Assembly (NCBI RefSeq): GCF_006345805.1
Contig: NW_021833023.1
Location: 1-64,000 of the forward strand
Length of the DNA stretch: 64,000 nt
Source of the DNA: Octopus sinensis
Lineage: Eukaryota
Direction: 5' to 3'
Of the stretch, positions 61,955-64,000 are shown piece by piece. Every line of letters starts with the position of its first letter. The stretch's first letter is position 1. A model generated the notes under the pieces. It did not search any database, was not told where the DNA came from, and was given only the letters and a program-made list of their open reading frames with translations. Both the position numbers and the translations under genes were made by a program.

Positions 61955-63110
61955 ATTGTCATTTAACATCTGCTTTCCATGATGGCATGGGTTGGATGGT
62001 TTGAATGAGGACTGGTGAGCTAGAGGCTGCACCAGGCTCAATCTGGTCTGGCAAAGTTTCTATAGCTGGATGCCCTTCCTAATGCCAACCACACCGAGAG
62101 TATAGTGGGTGCTTTTTATGTGCCACCGGCACGAAGGCCAGTTAGGTGGTTCTGGCAACGACCACGCTCATGCTCAAAAGGTGTTTTTATGTGCTTCCTG
62201 CATGGGAACCAGTCCAGAAGCACTGACAATGGCCACGCTCAAATGTTGGTTTTCATGTGCTACCAGCACATGTGCCGTTAAGGCGATACTGGCAATGATC
62301 ATGCTTGAATGGTGCTTTTCACTGGCATGGGAGCCAATCCGTGGTCGTGGCAACGATCACGCTCAGATGTGCTTTCAATGTTCCACTGGCACCAGTGCTA
62401 ATCAGTCGGTACTGTCCTCAACCACGTCAGTGATTTTGATTTGTTTTCATTTACCTCAATAGGTCTTCACAAGCAAAGTTCATTGTCCAAGGAATGAGGG
62501 GTACTCATGAGTGGCCCAGTTACATCCCACACTCGGATGTGCTTTTAACATTCCACTGGCATGAGTGCCAATTAGGTGGTACTGTCGTTGGACATGTCAG
62601 CAATTTTGATTTTGATTTCACTCACCTTTGTAGGTCTTCACAAGCAAGGTTTATTGTCCAATGAATGAGGGGTATTCATAAATGGACTGGTTACACCCAC
62701 TGGCATAGGCCATGGGGTATGGTATGGTCTCACTTGGCTTGCCGGATCTTCTCAAGAACAGTATGTCTCCAAAAGTCACGGTCACTAGTCATTGCCTCAG
62801 TAAGGCCCAATGTTCGAAGGTTGTGCCTCACCAGCTCATTCCAGGATTTCCTGAGTCTACCTCTTCCACAGGTTCCCTCAACTGCTAGGGTGTAACACTT
62901 TTTCACACAGCTGTCCTCATTCATTTGCAACACATGACCATACCAGCACAGTCGTCTCTCTTGCTCACCACATCTGGTGCTTCTTAAATCCATCTTTTCT
63001 CCCAGGGTGCTTACACTCTGTTGTGTATGCACACTGACATTACACATCCAGTGGAACATACTGGTTTCATTCCTTGCAAGCTTACTCATGTCCTCTTGCT
63101 TATCTATGTA
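61955..63110 (-). mobile_element. RTE-family LINE 3' fragment
   Basis: RNETSMFHWMCNV..RLCWYGHV..GRGRLRKSW plus 3' UTR with subrepeats. Confidence 0.85.
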
Positions 63111-64000
63111 CACAGTGAGTTTTTTGCTCTAGGTGTCATGAAGACACCCAACAAGAAGTAGAAACAAACTTGAAAGAAAAACAAAAAATAATAATAAATA
63201 ATAGGCAGTAACTTTCATGGCTTGTGGTCTTAACTGAATGAAGTGTTATCCTGTGCATGTTTTGTCTTGATATAAAAGATGGGCAACAGCAAATATTCTG
63301 CTCACTATCACAGATTTGCTTGTAAATTGTTTGACCGTAACCAGTTGAGCATGTCCTTTAGTGGGTGACGATATGTGCATCTCTGATCACGAGCTGAATT
63401 AGTGGGGGAGCATCATAGCCATGTGTTGAGAGGAATTCTTTGGGGTTTGAATAATTCACTTTTGGAAATATGGGTGTTTCGTTTTACATCCTTAAACAAC
63501 CCTTATTCAGGGACCTTTTGAGCCGGATGGGCTAGTCGATCTGAAGAAAATTCTAACTGGGCCCCACCTGCAAGTCATGTGCTGTTTATCTTGATATAAG
63601 GTCACCATGTTATGCACATACAGTTGTGATGCATGTGACTGTTGTACCCTTATCAGATGGGCAGTCATGATGGGTATACTGGGCTTCATATATTTTACCC
63701 CAGTATCACTTTGATGGCATGCACTGCTCTTTCACTTAATAATAGTAATAATAATAATAATACATTCATACTGAAAAACGAGATCAAGCAAGCTTTTACT
63801 CTTTTGCTCAATATGTGGTTTCTGTCCATGCTGGGAAACCAACAATCTATGGGACCCAAAACACTGTGTTGGCATCAACTGCCCACATTCTCAGTTTTTT
63901 CCCTCCATTATGTAACTTAGGTCTCTAGTTGAAACCTGGTTGGAAATTGAAAATAAAATGCAATTCAATCAGAAAATGATGACAATAATAAATAAACAAG

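Overview
AT-rich, microsatellite-dense eukaryotic DNA. The repeat families are most consistent with an octopod cephalopod, but that is recall-based inference, not a database hit. One host gene is supported: the 3' part of a minus-strand PARP14/15-like mono-ADP-ribosyltransferase. I reconstructed four exons by hand (47343-46974, 41799-41666, 40883-40706, 36380-36112), all with GT-AG junctions and matching phases. They give 316 aa: KH-like tail, WWE and an ART domain with an H-Y-I triad. The last exon is absent from the ORF track, and no upstream exon was found in the remaining 16.6 kb. The rest is mostly decayed transposable elements: Penelope-like, Tx1/L1-like, Dong/R4, RTE, CR1, I-like, hAT, MITE/foldback elements, a solo LTR and tRNA-derived SINEs. 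Several can be bounded exactly by target-site duplications (TSDs). Notable structures are a 6.3/7.3 kb head-to-tail duplication, a ~330 bp near-perfect palindrome 120 nt from the last PARP acceptor, a 123-bp dimeric minisatellite, a three-level nest containing a 1.9 kb foldback with Merlin-like ends, and a possible SINE/Tx1 shared tail. I found no convincing wholly new multi-gene system. All alignments were done by eye, so unstated boundaries are approximate.
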